From the NCBI RefSeq assembly GCF_036321535.1, contig NC_087437.1:83082001-83146000 (forward strand): 64,000 nucleotides of DNA, read 5' to 3'. This stretch comes from Camelus dromedarius. Lineage: Eukaryota. The translations under genes were made by a program, and so were the position numbers. Shown here piece by piece: positions 13,200 to 27,400 of this stretch (the first letter of the stretch is position 1; the number at the start of each line of letters is the position of its first letter). The notes under the pieces were generated by a model. That model made no database searches. It was not told where the DNA came from and saw only the letters and a program-made list of their open reading frames with translations.

Positions 13200-13910
13200 A
13201 TCAGTGACCAGCGGTAACCGTAAAGAGGTCGCCTTACTCGGTGGACCTTCGTCCCTTCCTTAGTAAAATGTAAGAAGCCATCAGCCCAGACCTCCCTTTT
13301 GCGCACCGGCTGTCCTTCGAGAGAGCCGAACTACATCTCCCACAATGCACCGCGCGTGGCGCCGGGAATGCCGTCCGCCGCCTCTCGCAGCTTTTCCTCT
13401 GTGGCTCCTACAACTCCCAGAAGCCCCCACGGCCCTGGGGCCAGGCCCGGCCCGGGGTGGAGGCGGAGGCGGAGGCGCGGGAGTTATGGAGGGGGCGGGC
13501 TCTGCAGGGAAGTGCGTCAGAGGAGGCGCGGGGAGAGTAGGGTGCAGTGGTTTGAGCTTGAGGGTGAAGCTGGCGGAGCAGGAGGATGGGCGGTGAGTGA
13601 GCGGGACCGGCGTTGCTGGGCTGGGGTCGCGTTAGCCGTTCAACGCTTCCAGCCGTTTGAAGAGGGGCTCCCTCCCCGGGCGCGGCCGGGGCTGTGCGGG
13701 TTTTGAGCGGGGGGCTGAGGCGGGGCTTTTCCTTCGGCCGGGTAGTCTGGGGAGGGGCCTGGTCTGGTACCTGGGGCCCCCGGCTGGGACCGCGCAGGGC
13801 TGCCCCGCCCCAGCCCCGGCTTTTCTCGACCTCCCCCGGCCCCGAGGTGCGCCCCGCGAGGTGACAGCGCCGGGCGTCCGGCCTGGGCAAACCGCCGCTC
13901 CCGGTGCCCC
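13200..13910 (+). promoter_or_regulatory. CpG-island promoter of CLDND1 with ZNF143 (SBS), GC-box and ETS motifs
   Basis: Abruptly GC- and CpG-rich segment. Motifs: ACTACATCTCCCACAATGCA (13330-13349), CTACAACTCCCAGAAGCC (13408-13425), GGGGCGGG (13492-13499) and GGGAAGTG (13507-13514). Confidence 0.9.
13586..13592 (+). CDS. CLDND1: CLDND1 exon 1, coding part of the long isoform (ATG GGC G)
   Basis: ATG in aggATGG context followed by donor G|gtgagt at 13593. In frame only when exon 2 is included, giving MGGDRLENKTSVSVASW..., which matches the human long isoform as I recall it. Confidence 0.8.
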
Positions 13911-14726
13911 AGACCTTTTAAGGTCATTTGAGAGCACCAGGATGAAAAGGGATTAAAAAGAATAAAAATACAAACCCAACTTCTGGAGTTATCGTTAATT
14001 ATTGTAATTGCCTTGATCTCTCCTGAGTCACTTGCCATTTTCCAAACTCAGCAACCCCAGTTTGCGAGCCTGTTTTCGTGCTCCTTTTGTAAGGTGTTTG
14101 GTGCGGTCATAGTATATACTTGCAGTGTTTGACTCAGCTTGATCTGCCTTGAGTCATTTTATTGCGGCCATTTACTACTGCCATTGAGCCTGTCCACGCC
14201 TTTAGAGTGTTCGTATTTTGCCCCTTTCAGAATTTTCTTTCCGGCTGGGAAGGGATCGTTTAGTCTGCAGATGAGGAGATTCAAAAGTGTAAGGAATGGA
14301 GAGAGTAGATAGGAGTGAAGACTTTGGCAGCGTAAAGGAGCTTGGCTTAGCTTTAATGGATTAGGGGCAGATTGGTATCTGGCATTATTCTATGTTATTA
14401 TTCTCTTTGCTCTTCGTACGTCCGCAACAACCTTTCTCTCTGGGTTAACAAACATTTTCAACTGTCTTCTAAATAGCTCCTGACTCTTAACCTTGTTTTA
14501 GAAGGTTTCCCTATTCAGAGGAAAACTGGGAGGGGCCGATTTCCCCTGCTTCCTTTTCCTATGCCTTTTCCACACTCAGACCCAGAACACAATGCTTGGT
14601 AGCTTGTATAAAAATTCAATCTGTAATTAAAAATTTATGCAAGGTACATTGCTGACTCTGGGCATGTCTATTGTTTGTATCTGTAATGTGTATGTCCATT
14701 TCAGTGTTGTCTGTTTTAGTGTGCAG

Positions 14727-14770
14727 GTGATAGACTAGAGAACAAGACCTCTGTCTCCGTAGCATCCTGG
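14727..14770 (+). CDS. CLDND1: CLDND1 exon 2 (44-nt cassette exon, long isoform)
   Basis: Acceptor tgcag| and donor TGG|gtatgt. Encodes (G)DRLENKTSVSVASW and joins exon 1 in frame to exon 3. Confidence 0.85.
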
Positions 14771-14958
14771 GTATGTGAGCATTCAATAAGTACTTTCATG
14801 ATAATGAGTTTTGTTTTGAACTTAAGCACATGCTTACTTCTTTTTTAAAAATATATGTTCATTAATGATTATACATTATTTTAAAGATCCATGGGATGGG
14901 GAATAGGATAAAGAGTGATTTTGAGATAATTGCTTTCAAAATCTGTATTTGTCCTTGA

Positions 14959-15357
<399 letters not shown>

Positions 15358-16164
15358 TGATGATGGCCCAAATAAATCTTACGTGTCTCTTCTTTCCCTA
15401 CCACCTTCTCTCCCCACTTTCCGTGAATTGCCATAATACTCGCTAGTATCAGTTGGATAAGTAACTGTCCTTGGGAAAACCATTGCACTTATTTACAAAT
15501 CTTTGTTCTTATTTACCCACTTATCTTTTTCTTAATCTCAGATATGTCATGAGGAAGTAATTGGAAAAGAACTTTGGCAGATTTTAAATACTTGGTAACA
15601 GGTAAAAGGAGTGGTATCCAAAATGAAGTTAACACATGAATTGGTAGTCTTTTTATGTTTGGCTGTGTTTTAGTAAATATTATCATTTGCCCTCTAATCT
15701 TAGAGGATATAATTTGACCAACTCTGTATTTAAATTGCTTATTTGAAACTGTTTTACAACAATCTTGATAGGAGTTTATAGGTTAAAAATGTGCATTACT
15801 GAAGTAAAAAAAAAATCTAAAAAATTGTCTCTCAGGTTTATTCTGTAAGCTTAACTGTAAGCTTCCCTAACAGTTAAAATTTTTGATTTCCAGTTATTAA
15901 GATGGAAGCTTTAGAGCTCTTTGTAAGAAACAACTTGATAATTTATTTCCATTTACAACTACTTCTGTTGGCCTCTTGGTGGGAAGCACTGTATTCAAAT
16001 CATAGCACAACAGGCTTGAGTTGCCATACATCAGAAGGATGGTAGTTGTGATTTCATACGGAAAAAAGAAAGTATTTTGGAAAGAGGTGAAAGTTGGTTA
16101 AAATTTATTAAAATGTTTAATGCTATTTATGAGAGCATAGGAGCAATTGGTATTTGAATTGTAG

Positions 16165-17110
16165 CAATCACTCGTTTAGTCAACAAACATTTTTTACATG
16201 CCTTCGTGATCCAGGTTCTAGGAGTCTGGAGTACATTAGGGAAAAAAAACCAAAATCCCTGCTTCTGTGGAGCTAACATTCTAATAAAGACTAACGGGCA
16301 ATAAACAGAATAAATAATTATAACAGTGTAAACAGAATAAATAATTATATAGTAGAAGATGACATGTGCTTTGAAAAATACAAGAAGATAAAGGGGACTT
16401 GGAAATATGTAGGAAAGGGGATGTTAGTAGGTGTGAATTACACGATTTGTTAGTATAGGCAGGATAGGCTTCAACAAGAAGACACCACTTGAGTAAAAGA
16501 CTTGATACAGGTGAAGGAGTTGGCCATGCAGGTAATTGTGGCGGCAGGGAGAATCATGTAGGTTGGAAGGGATGACTCCTGCAAAGTCCTCGTGGTGGAA
16601 GCATGCCTGAAATATTCCAGAACCAGCAAGGAAGGCAGTGGGCTGAGAAGGGAAGGAGATGAGAGAGTTGGATATGCTGCCAGAGACATATTCACAGAGT
16701 GGGAGTTGGACAGATCATGTAGGATTCTCTAGGCATGACAAGGAATTTGGTTTTCACTCTGAATGTGGTGGAGCCATGGGGGGGCCTTTGAGCAGAAGTA
16801 AGATAATTAGGCCACCCAGGTGGATGTGTTGAAAACAGGTAGTTGGTAAAAGTGGAAGCCAGGAGATAGTCAGGAGGCTACTGTGTCAATTCAGGTGGTG
16901 GTTGTGAGTGGTGATTGTGACTCAGACCAGGGCGGTAGTACTCAGCAGTGCTTGAATTCTAGATATATTTTGAAGGTAGAGCCTCTAGGATTTCCTAGTG
17001 GAAGGCATATGGGCAAGAAGGACTCTAAAGTTTCTGGGCTGAGGAACTAGAAGGATGGAAGTGTCATTACCTGAGATGGGGAACATGGCTGAGGGAGTCC
17101 GTTTCGGGGA
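16165..17110 (-). mobile_element. L2 LINE relic in CLDND1 intron 3
   Basis: tcaacaaacattt...ccctgcttctgtggagctaacattcta followed by the purine-rich L2 body (ggaatttggttttcactctgaatg, gatatattttgaaggtagagcc). Confidence 0.75.
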
Positions 17111-17392
17111 GATCATCAAAGTTTCTGTTTATTTCAGTCTTTGGCCCCTCCTTTTTCTTCCTAGTCTTCTTACATATCTAGTCTCATTTATTTTACTACT
17201 CATAATGTTTTTCTTCCTTCTTGTGTCCATGTCTTAAGCCTACTGCTGAGGTCCACTGGTCCATTGGGCATTAGTGAATCCTGTGTATCACGTGGGGCCA
17301 TAGAGGTTGCTGTCTCCCTGAGAACATTTTTCCATACCACTTTCTATTTCAGAGGGCAATTAGTGAAAGAGATTTTTGTTAAATGTTTATAA

Positions 17393-17629
<237 letters not shown>

Positions 17630-18469
17630 TGAGTTAGTTCAGTGTGTCAACTTGAAATAAGGTCTCTAGCATTATCCCAATAAACTCTGTTCTGTTGATA
17701 ACATATTTTAGACATTAGATACATAACAAATCACAAATACGAAGTTGAGCAGCTAATACATTGGATGACAGAATCCAGACACTCTATAAGATGTTATTAA
17801 TGGGCCCATTTAAGGGGGAAATTTAATAGAGATAAGTAATAAATTTCTGTATTTGAGTTAAACACTTAATTTATCTGAGTTCAGATAGGGATATGTGAAA
17901 ACAGTTGACTGCAAGCTTTATGAGTCACCTAAGTGTTAGGAGCATTCTATTCCTTGATGGTCAGGCTGCCTAGGAAATACTGTCTTCAGATATGAACCTA
18001 GTTTCTAGGCTGTGGGGAGTTACAGGAGCTTGCCCACAAGAATGACCATGTCATGAAAGGTAACATTGATTAAGTGGCAGGTATTCAACTTTGCATTATG
18101 AATACATAGAAAGAATTTTATTACTAACAGAGTTTGAAGGGAAGTTAGAGAAAAGACTTTTATCTGGTTTCAGAAAGTAAAACTAGCACTAAAAGGTAAA
18201 AGTTGGTTTAGAGTTGATACTACTACACTCCTCTAATTAAAATAATCTGAAAATGTAATGGGATGCTTTGTAAAGTCATCAGCTTTTTTCCCATGTTGTT
18301 GAGGGAATTTATAATAATTAAAACTATGACTTACTGAGTGTCTGGTGCATACTAGATCCTCTGCTTTATGCTTTATGTATATTCTTTTGACAGGTCTTTT
18401 ATAATCACTATTCATTTACTTGTTATTCCTACCTTGAGATCCTGTAAGGACTTAGACTTGTTTGTATGT

Positions 18470-18680
18470 AGAACCAGAATGCTCTGCTTCAAATCTGGTT
18501 CTACCACTTACTGTGTTACCTTGTACAAGTTATTTATACCTCTTGTTTCAGTTTCCACATTTATAAAATGGAGATAATAGTACTAGTACCTACTTCATGG
18601 GGATGTTGGGAGGATTAATACACAAAGCATGTGTAGAACACTGCCTGATACATAGTAGGTCCTCAGTAGCAGTTAACTGT
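18470..18680 (+). mobile_element. MIR SINE in CLDND1 intron 4
   Basis: ttcaaatctggttctaccacttactgtgttaccttgtacaagttattt...cagtttccacatttataaaatggagataatag. Confidence 0.8.
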
Positions 18681-18838
18681 TAGTGTCCTTTTACTTTTAC
18701 CAGGACAAAGTTGGCATAGTTTTGAACAGTATGCTTTAGGAAAAAACCTAATTGCTAAAGTACTCCTCACTTTTTGAGAAAAGCTCTAATTAGAATATGA
18801 AAGAAATTGCCATTGTGGAAAAGCTGAAATCATGATAA

Positions 18839-19045
<207 letters not shown>

Positions 19046-19126
19046 TAGGGATCACATATTACTGCCCTGTCATGTTGCCTGGAAAGCTCTTACCATGCTC
19101 TTATCTTGCTATGTTTTGTTTTCTAA

Positions 19127-19360
<234 letters not shown>

Positions 19361-20517
19361 GTGGGAAGCTGCCTGCTTTAGCATTGCCATTTTTATGATT
19401 TTTGATATTAATGTTTTCCCCTTATCTGCCCCTAATTGTTTTTAATTTAACTTTTTTTTTTTGTGGGTATACCATTTTATCCTGAAAATCCGTTTTATTT
19501 ATTCATACAGATGGTTGTTCCTTAATACCACTGAAATTTATATGGGAACCTGAGGGATTCCATCTTTCAGGCAAACTAATCTAGGTTCAAAATCCAGACA
19601 GAAAAAAATGAATAGACACTTGGCACAGATTTGGGAAAGAAAATTGGTAGTGGAAGAGTGACCCAAAGTGAGTTCTGCTGATGTCTGTTGACTTTTCAGT
19701 AAAGTAACTGTATCTGTTCAACTGGAAACTCTTAAGATTCTTTGAGACCCCTATAAATTGTCAAAACTTATATTCATTTTGCTACTGTGGATAGCCAGTC
19801 AACCAGAGGTATTGGTGTATTTTCAAGGACTTAGACTATCTGAAATAGGGAAATTACCTAAGATCTTTTTCCCTAAATATTGGCATATAGCTTCATCTGA
19901 GGTGAAATATGGCAGTTGTTTATCTACACTGTGTCTGTTTACAATAAAGGAAGTGTTTACATGGAATTTTAACTTTGTAATTGCAAGAATTCCAATTCAG
20001 CCAGACACTTTTTTTTTTTTTTAACTCTCCTTAATATGTCAATAGGATTTTCAGTATCACCAACCATTTTGGATTTTTGTTCCTTCCCTCTTCACACACC
20101 AGGCTTATTAAAAGAGTGCTTTGTTTTTAACATTACATTAGGGTCACAGAGTAAAATTCTCCAACTGCTATCTATTTATTTCAGCTAAGTACCATAAAGA
20201 AAGTTCAACCATAATGACCCTGTGGAGCTAGGAAAACTACCACAAGACCTAAAGCTTTGGCTGGTCACCGACTTCCAAGTATGGTCTTTATTTCTTGTGG
20301 TGAAATGATGTGCCTTTCCTTGCCTAATCCCTTCCTGGTGTGTATCAACATTATTTAATGTCTTCTAATTCAGTCATTTTTTTTATAAATATGTCTATAA
20401 ACATTGAACTTAAAAAATCTTATTTATTTATTCCATTACTGTAGTACTTGACAGATTTTAAAAAAAAAATGTAACTTAGTAATTTCTTACAATATCCTAA
20501 ATCTGTCTTTTTTAAAA

Positions 20518-20528
20518 AATAAAATAAA
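20518..20528 (+). terminator. Probable CLDND1 distal poly(A) signal (overlapping AATAAA x2)
   Basis: aataaaataaa followed by a GT-rich tract (ttgtgtatagtgtct). A proximal AATAAA lies at 19943-19948. Confidence 0.6.
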
Positions 20529-23287
20529 AAATGAGAAGAGACTCAGAATTGTGTATAGTGTCTGAGTTGATTAAATCTCAGTACCCTAGGATAAGGATAG
20601 TACAGGATTCTGAATGAGGATTTCTGTGATTTTCTGTGGAAAATTCATTGTTGATCTACAGGCCTACCTTTATGTCCAGTGTTTTGATCTGTGTTTTACC
20701 TTCCAGAAAATGTGGGATCTCCTTGCCCCCATTAGAAAATAAGAGACTATCTCTTACGTTTCAGAGTTTTAAAACATGTTTTGAAAGTAGTTTTGTGATC
20801 ATTCTGTATCATACTTAGTGTGCCTATTTTTTCATAAAGTCATTTAATGACTGTGGGTGATTATGTTCTATATTAAAGAAATGATCGAGTCAGTTTCTGA
20901 CTTACAACAAAGCCATTTTTACTCTGTAGCCAATTATTGCCTGTGAAATGGCTGGTTACTCAGTTTCCTACCTCTTCCTAGTTCTTAAAGTTTTATTGCC
21001 TCTCAGCACTTTCTGTGGAAGGTAGAGAAGCTAAGTGATCAAGCACAGCATACTTTTGGGAATGGGATTTTTAAGTGATTGACCAACATGACATTTTTGG
21101 ATTCAGAAGTTATTTATTTTAAACAATGTCCCTGCCTCTTGTTACCCCAAAGTTATCTGTGACTGTCCCTGTGACACCCGTCTGATGTGCACTGAGGAAG
21201 CCCAGTCAGAATCCAACTTCTGAGCCTCACCAGTAGCATCCTTAAATATGAAGAGCTAGCACCATAAACCCTGGTGCTGAATATGTGTTGTAGTTTAAGC
21301 GTATTTCAGAGTAGCTGAAGTCATTCTCTCCTGCAAAGACTTCTCTTTGGAATGACATAGGGCTACATTATACCATTTGTTGTTTTATATTACAGTTATC
21401 AGCTGTCTAATGATTCTAATCAGGTAGAACCATATGAAATTACTGCTATCTGATCATTTTTGATTAAACTAATACATAAAACCAGTGGCAATAACATCCT
21501 GTTAATCTCTTTACACTAAGTTTTTGAAAGCAACCTCCAAAGTAAAAAAATAATTTTCAGATTTTTCACAACATGAATTTTATGACAACTTAAGAAATGT
21601 GTTTTAAGATCTTAATTTTATGGTTCCTAATCTCATTACATGATGTGAGTAAATATTTTCTACATCCTTTTCAGCAAAAACTCATTTCAGAATTTCTTAG
21701 AGATAGCCATCAACACAGTAAAAGTTGATATAACAAAAAAGGCAGAATTTATTTGTTCAATTAGTTTTGTGTGCCTACTATCTAGGTCATGATACACTAG
21801 GGTCTCAAGAATTTAGTAATTTCATAGTAACATGTTAAAAGTTCTGCCTGGTCTAAATATTCACGTGTGTATGGGATGGCGGGGAGGACAGAGTTGACAA
21901 GTCATAGGTGAACTGATTTAGTGACTCTGGTGAGAAGGAGGTGACCATACAACAGATCAATTTAGGTTTAATTGTTTTTCCATTTCAGAGACATCACCAA
22001 ATTATAGCCTGGTACTGTAAAAACATAACATAGATTCAGTCATCTTCAATTGACGATAAAACAGTGTGAGGACATTTTAAAATGCAACCCTCATGCAAGC
22101 TTTTCACCAGAGATGAAAACAACCTGTTGAATTAACCTGATTTTGCCAGTTGCAACACTTCGAAAAGTTTCCCAGCAGCTAAAGGAGTAGGTAATGGATA
22201 CAGTTCTAAAAAATGCAAATTGTTATTTTGTAAGCTCCATGCAGCTCTGTCCTGACACAAATGGGTGAAATTGCTTGTCCTCCTTTCTGCTCATAAGAGA
22301 ATAATGATTCATACCTTGAAAAGAGAGGAATAAAACAAGGAAACACATCTATGTATAGGAATTCTTTTTCTTTCGCTCATCAGGTGTTCCAACACACTAT
22401 TGTAATGAGATATGTTTTTCCCTTGGATCAAATTATGTGCCAGTGTCCTGTAAGTTCATTATGTGAAAATTCTAAATTGCAAAAAGAGTAAATTAGAAGA
22501 GTTACTTGCTCTCTAGAAGTTCCCATCATTTAAATCCTCTTCAGTGCTAAAATTTCTATTAGCAAAATTAATAGATTATTTGACATATTAAAGTTTACAA
22601 ACTTGTATAAAGCAAGATCCAACTTATATTACTTTCTACTTTTGCAAAGTTTTAAAAAATGAGATAAGGAGAGAGGTAATTCTCTTTCTGTTTTGTCTTC
22701 ACCTTTTAAAATATTTGACTTAGTGGTAATGCATCCCCTTTCATCTTCTGACTCAGGATGTGAACTTCTCACCTTTCCTATAGCCTTTCAGCCCCTCCCA
22801 GTCTTCTAGCCTCTTATTGTTTTTCTCTGCTCAGCTTGTATTGTCACTGGTATGTTGACAAGCAGCTTCAAGTCATGCTCTCCCATGGCACCTTCCTTCA
22901 CAGTCCTTAGCCTTATCATCACAGCAAAACTGTGCCATCCAGTTTTCTTAGTCTCAGGCTCAAGATATCAAGGAGGGCTGCTCAAACTAATAAGCTGATT
23001 CTGTTTAAAAAATTGCTTTGACTTTGGCTTCTTGATAGTTAACCACCTCTGACTGTTGATTTATTACTTTGCCACACACATAGTTTTTAAATGTCTGTAA
23101 AAGTTAGTATTCTTCCTCCTCAACTTCCATGGAAGGTGTTTATGTTCTTTTTAAGGAAGGCCTATTGGAATGAACTCTTCCAGTTTCTCCAACACTTACA
23201 TTCTTCTCACTACAAAAGAAAAAATGTATTAACTGGTCAGAGAGATTGCTGGGAGCATGGCCCCCACAAAAAAAACAACAAAGTGTA

Positions 23288-23470
23288 CAGTGGTTAAGTA
23301 TTCAGTCAGGAGACAGAATACTAGTTTTGTAATCCTGGGTCTGTCACTTCGCCCTTCCAAGTCCCACTTTTCCCATCTGTGAGATGCTATGAGCATCACA
23401 CCTGCCTCACAGAGCTGTCATGAGGATTGTGTAAATTGCTCAGCATGAAGTAACCACTCAAAAATGCTTA
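23288..23470 (+). mobile_element. MIR SINE
   Basis: agtggttaag...aatcctgggtctgtcactt...ttttcccatctgtgagatg...cacctgcctcacagagctgtcatgaggatt. Confidence 0.65.
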
Positions 23471-23524
23471 TGACTGGCTGCATTAAGAGTGGATGAGGTT
23501 ACCTACCATGACCTGGCCAGCCCA

Positions 23525-23685
23525 CGGGGTGGTTCTCAGCCTAGGCTGCACATTGGAGTTGTCTGGAGAACTTTAGAAAATGCTAGAGATTCTGATTTAG
23601 TTGGTCTGGGGTGTGGCCAGGTCACTATGATTTTTTTTAAACCTTTCCAAGTGATTCCAGTGGGTAGCTATGTTTGAAAACTATA
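23525..23685. mobile_element. MER5A-like DNA transposon relic
   Basis: gtggttctcagcctaggctgcacattggag...agagattctgatttagttggtctggggtgtggccagg...ccaagtgattc. Confidence 0.7.
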
Positions 23686-26600
23686 TTTTGAAAGCAACAT
23701 TCGAAAGCAAGAAATAGAATTCTTTCTCTTCTCAGCAGATTGTTAGAAAGACAGTGGGCTCAGCCTTTGTCAGTTGTGATGCCACATGTACGATTTAACT
23801 CAATCACTTAGGCTTTTTGATTTTTTGCACGTTTCATATGAAGTGCTTGTACTAGAAAATGTTTAAAGTTTTTTGTTATTATGTTACCTTGGTTAGAAGA
23901 ACTCCTATGTGTTTTTCCAATCAAAGCTTAATATTTTCTTTAGCAAAATTTTTCCTGACCATCTGTCCTGGGTTAGTTCTCCCTTATATGTTTACAGAAC
24001 GCTGAAGTGCCTGAATGTGGGAGGCAGTAAAGTCCAAGTGTGAGAGTGATTCTATTTGTCATTGCTTCATTTAAACTGCATGGATCTGTTCTTCCCATAC
24101 CTCAATAAAATCTAAGGTAGGTTTTGGGGTTACTTAACAATTAATGAAGTAGTTCTTTTTGACAGCGATATGAAAAACTTCAGTCCAGTCTGATAATCAC
24201 ACTCCAGACCAGTTAGTGAAATATTAAAACTAAAACATTATTCAAAGTTAAAACTCCTTTCTCTCTTAGCTTAGTCTTGCCTCTGGCAGCTTCTCTCTGT
24301 CCTCACTTAGTCCTACATGGACAGTGACTCCTCTATGGTCAAACCTGAGGAAGAGACGAACAAGTACAGTGTTCTGTGGCTGCCCCAGCTGTCCTCTGAC
24401 CTTGGGGCTATAGCAGTCCCACGCACATTGCTGCACTTTCTCTTTTAAGGGACACTGCAGGGAGTTTCTCAGAGACCCTCCCTCTGCAGACCTCAGATTG
24501 CAATTCTTTTAACACATGAAATCAAGATCTCTCCTCCAGCTGTCTGCTTACCACTCGCCACCGCCCCCATCCCCGGATGCCTGGGTTCCTGGCAGGCTTG
24601 TTCCCCTCTGTTGGGGTCAGAGTGCTCTCAGGTGGTCCAGGTTCTGTGTTACCAGGACCCCAGGTCAGCTCCTTCTGTGGGGAAGACATTAGTCCCTGAG
24701 ACACAAGAACGGCTAATGGGTACCTGGATGGAGGGAATGCAGGTCTCTCCCAATTTGACCTGGGGTCTTGTGGTTTCACTGCTTCAGCCCTCTCTAGCCA
24801 GCTAGCCAAGCTCTTACAGCTTTAGATTTTTCAAGGGTGAGTCAGATATTCTTCCCTAGGTTTCTCAGACTCCAAGAGCACATGTCTAGCTCTGGGGTAA
24901 AGCCCTTCTGAAGTGACTAAGAGATGTCATCTCCTTGGTGCTCATTGCTTGCCTCTACAAGAATGCTTGTCAAGATAAATTTCAGCCTTATATCTTTTCT
25001 TGTGACAATGTAAAATTGTCACCTGAGCGTTCTTGGGGGATGCGTTCTTAAGGGAGTCACACTCCTAGCTCAGCTGACGTAACACCGAGAAGATAACTTG
25101 TTTCAGGGCTCTCCTCCCTCCTCTGCAGCCTGGTGTCCTCAGGCTACCCCTGGCCTTCCCGGAACCATGTTTGGGGCATAATTTGGCATTGGTGTGTGAG
25201 AGTCATGGCTTTCTAGATTTGTACCTCATTTCTCTGGGCTGTTTCCTGCTGGTAAAGTAGCATTTGAATTGACTGATGCTACTGAGATAATGAGTCACAC
25301 TGTCCTGTAAATTATTTCCATTTTGACACCTGGACTTTCAAGATTTTAATCCTAATTTTTTGCATCTAATTCTTCTCTCTTCCTTCATGCCGTTCTTTGT
25401 TTCTTAATATGTTTTTTGAGCACCCTAGCTGGTGTCAGACATTGCAGTAGGCCCTGGGGATGCAGCCTGCACCCCTACTTTCATGAAAGTCATGTGGAAC
25501 ATAGGCTGTCACTAAAAACACAACGCAAATTGTTTTCTTTAATATTGAAGTGTAGCACTTCCTTTTTAAATCCATGAACAATACCCCTAGTCATTCAATC
25601 ATGCTCTTACTTGCTCATTTGGCAGAAAAGATAAAATCTATTCACCATGTTTGTCTCAACATTCTAATGGTGGAATATGTCGTTGCTATGGAGATGAAGA
25701 AATATTTTGACTAGGAGAATAGTTAGGAGCCCCTCAAATTACATTTCTTTGCCTACTCATAGAGCTAGTCTCTATATAACTGTCTTCCAGGATGAATAAA
25801 CCACTTTTCCCTGTCCTGTTGTCCCTAACTGTGACAACCTCAAGCAACTCTTTTAGTCGATGTTCCAGATTTATTGCTAACATGCTAAATGTATTTCTGC
25901 CTCCCCTCCTTTGTAGATGACATATCAGTGAGCTTAGGTACCTGTTCTTAGATGCCCTAACCTGCCCATCAGAATGTCCCAGGGTGTGTTTCCTCTCATT
26001 TTCCCTCTCTGGTTTTATGAAGAACGAGTTCCACACAGATACATACCTCTGCATGAAACTATTTTTTTTAATTCCCAGTAATTTTTTTCTCTTAATAGAA
26101 AGTTTTGAATCTCTATCTCAATTTTTCTTTATTTCATATATGTTCTTTTAGCCTTATCTTCTAAAGGGAGTATCAAAGAAAATATATCTATAAGTCATAT
26201 CAGTATGCAATGACATATTTCTCCAAAATTAGCACACTAATTCGGTAATACACTCTCACATTAGCAATTCACGTCCCCCCTTTTTTTTTATAAAAGGGAA
26301 TTTACTTTCTTGTTAATACCTTAAACAAGACTAACTAGTTTTTGTTCTTTCTGTTCCCTGGGATTGATATTGATTCATCAACAAATACAAAATACAAAAT
26401 TATAATAAAAAGAGATGAAAATGATTTAAACTAAGTGTAATAGTAAGTTTGTATTTAATACAAGGATAACATATGTTTCCTTAAAATGAATTATGTTTAT
26501 TATTGTTTCTATCAAGTTCATACCTAAACTCCTGCCCAATAAAACCATTTAAAAAAAAAGAATTTAGATCTCAACAGTTGTCTATCTACTGTATAAGATT

Positions 26601-26688
26601 TTCCTTTTAAAAACTGAAGTAACGTATTTAGCTTATTTATTGTGGGTTATTTTTGCCTTTTTTATAACCCCCTATATATATGTCTATA

Positions 26689-26720
26689 AATTAATTAATT
26701 AATTAATTAATTAATTAATT
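26689..26720. repeat. (AATT)8 self-complementary microsatellite
   Basis: Read directly from the sequence. Confidence 0.95.
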
Positions 26721-26774
26721 ATCTTTTCTGGGCCTTTTTCCTCTTTTCTCTGTTTTAGCTATAAAAGATGACCT

Positions 26775-27400
26775 GCTCTGAACATTGAGGTGCAAGTGTC
26801 TTTTCTAATTAGAGCTTTCATCTTTTCCAGGTATATGCCCGTACGTGGGATTGCTGGATCATATGGTAACTATTATTTTTTAAGGACTAAATAACTCATC
26901 TGTCCATCAACAGAGGAATGGATAAAGAAGTTGTAGTTTATATATACAATGGAATATTTCTCAGCCATAAAAGAGAATGATAATGCCATTTGCAGCAATG
27001 TGGATGAACCTAGAGATAATCATACTAAGTGAAGTAAGTCATACAGAGAAAGACAAATATCATATTATGTCACTTATTTATAGGATCTAAAATAGGATAC
27101 AAATGAACTCATTTATAAAACAGCAACAGATTCACAGACATAGAAAACAATCTTATGGTTCCCAAAGAGGGAGGGAGGAAGGGATAAATTAGGAGTTTGG
27201 GATTAGCAGATACACATTACTGTATATAAAATAGATAAACAACAAAGATGTACTGTATAGCACAGGGAACTATATTCAATATCTTATAATAACCTATAAT
27301 GGAAAAGAATCTGGAAAATAACAGATACATATATATATATATAACTGAATCACTCTGCTGTACACTTGAAACTGAATCAGCTATACTTCAATAAAAAATT
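26775..27400 (+). mobile_element. L1 3' end with inverted 5' segment
   Basis: About 26775-26886 is minus-strand ORF2 end (gggattgctggatcatatggtaac). About 26890-27398 is plus-strand ORF2 end and 3'UTR (gaggaatggataaagaag...atacttcaataaaaaa). Confidence 0.8.

Noticed and set aside
13299..14038. Several 80-160 aa overlapping ORFs on both strands
   Set aside because: Gly/Pro/Arg/Ala-rich products of a stop-poor CpG island, with no recognisable domain.
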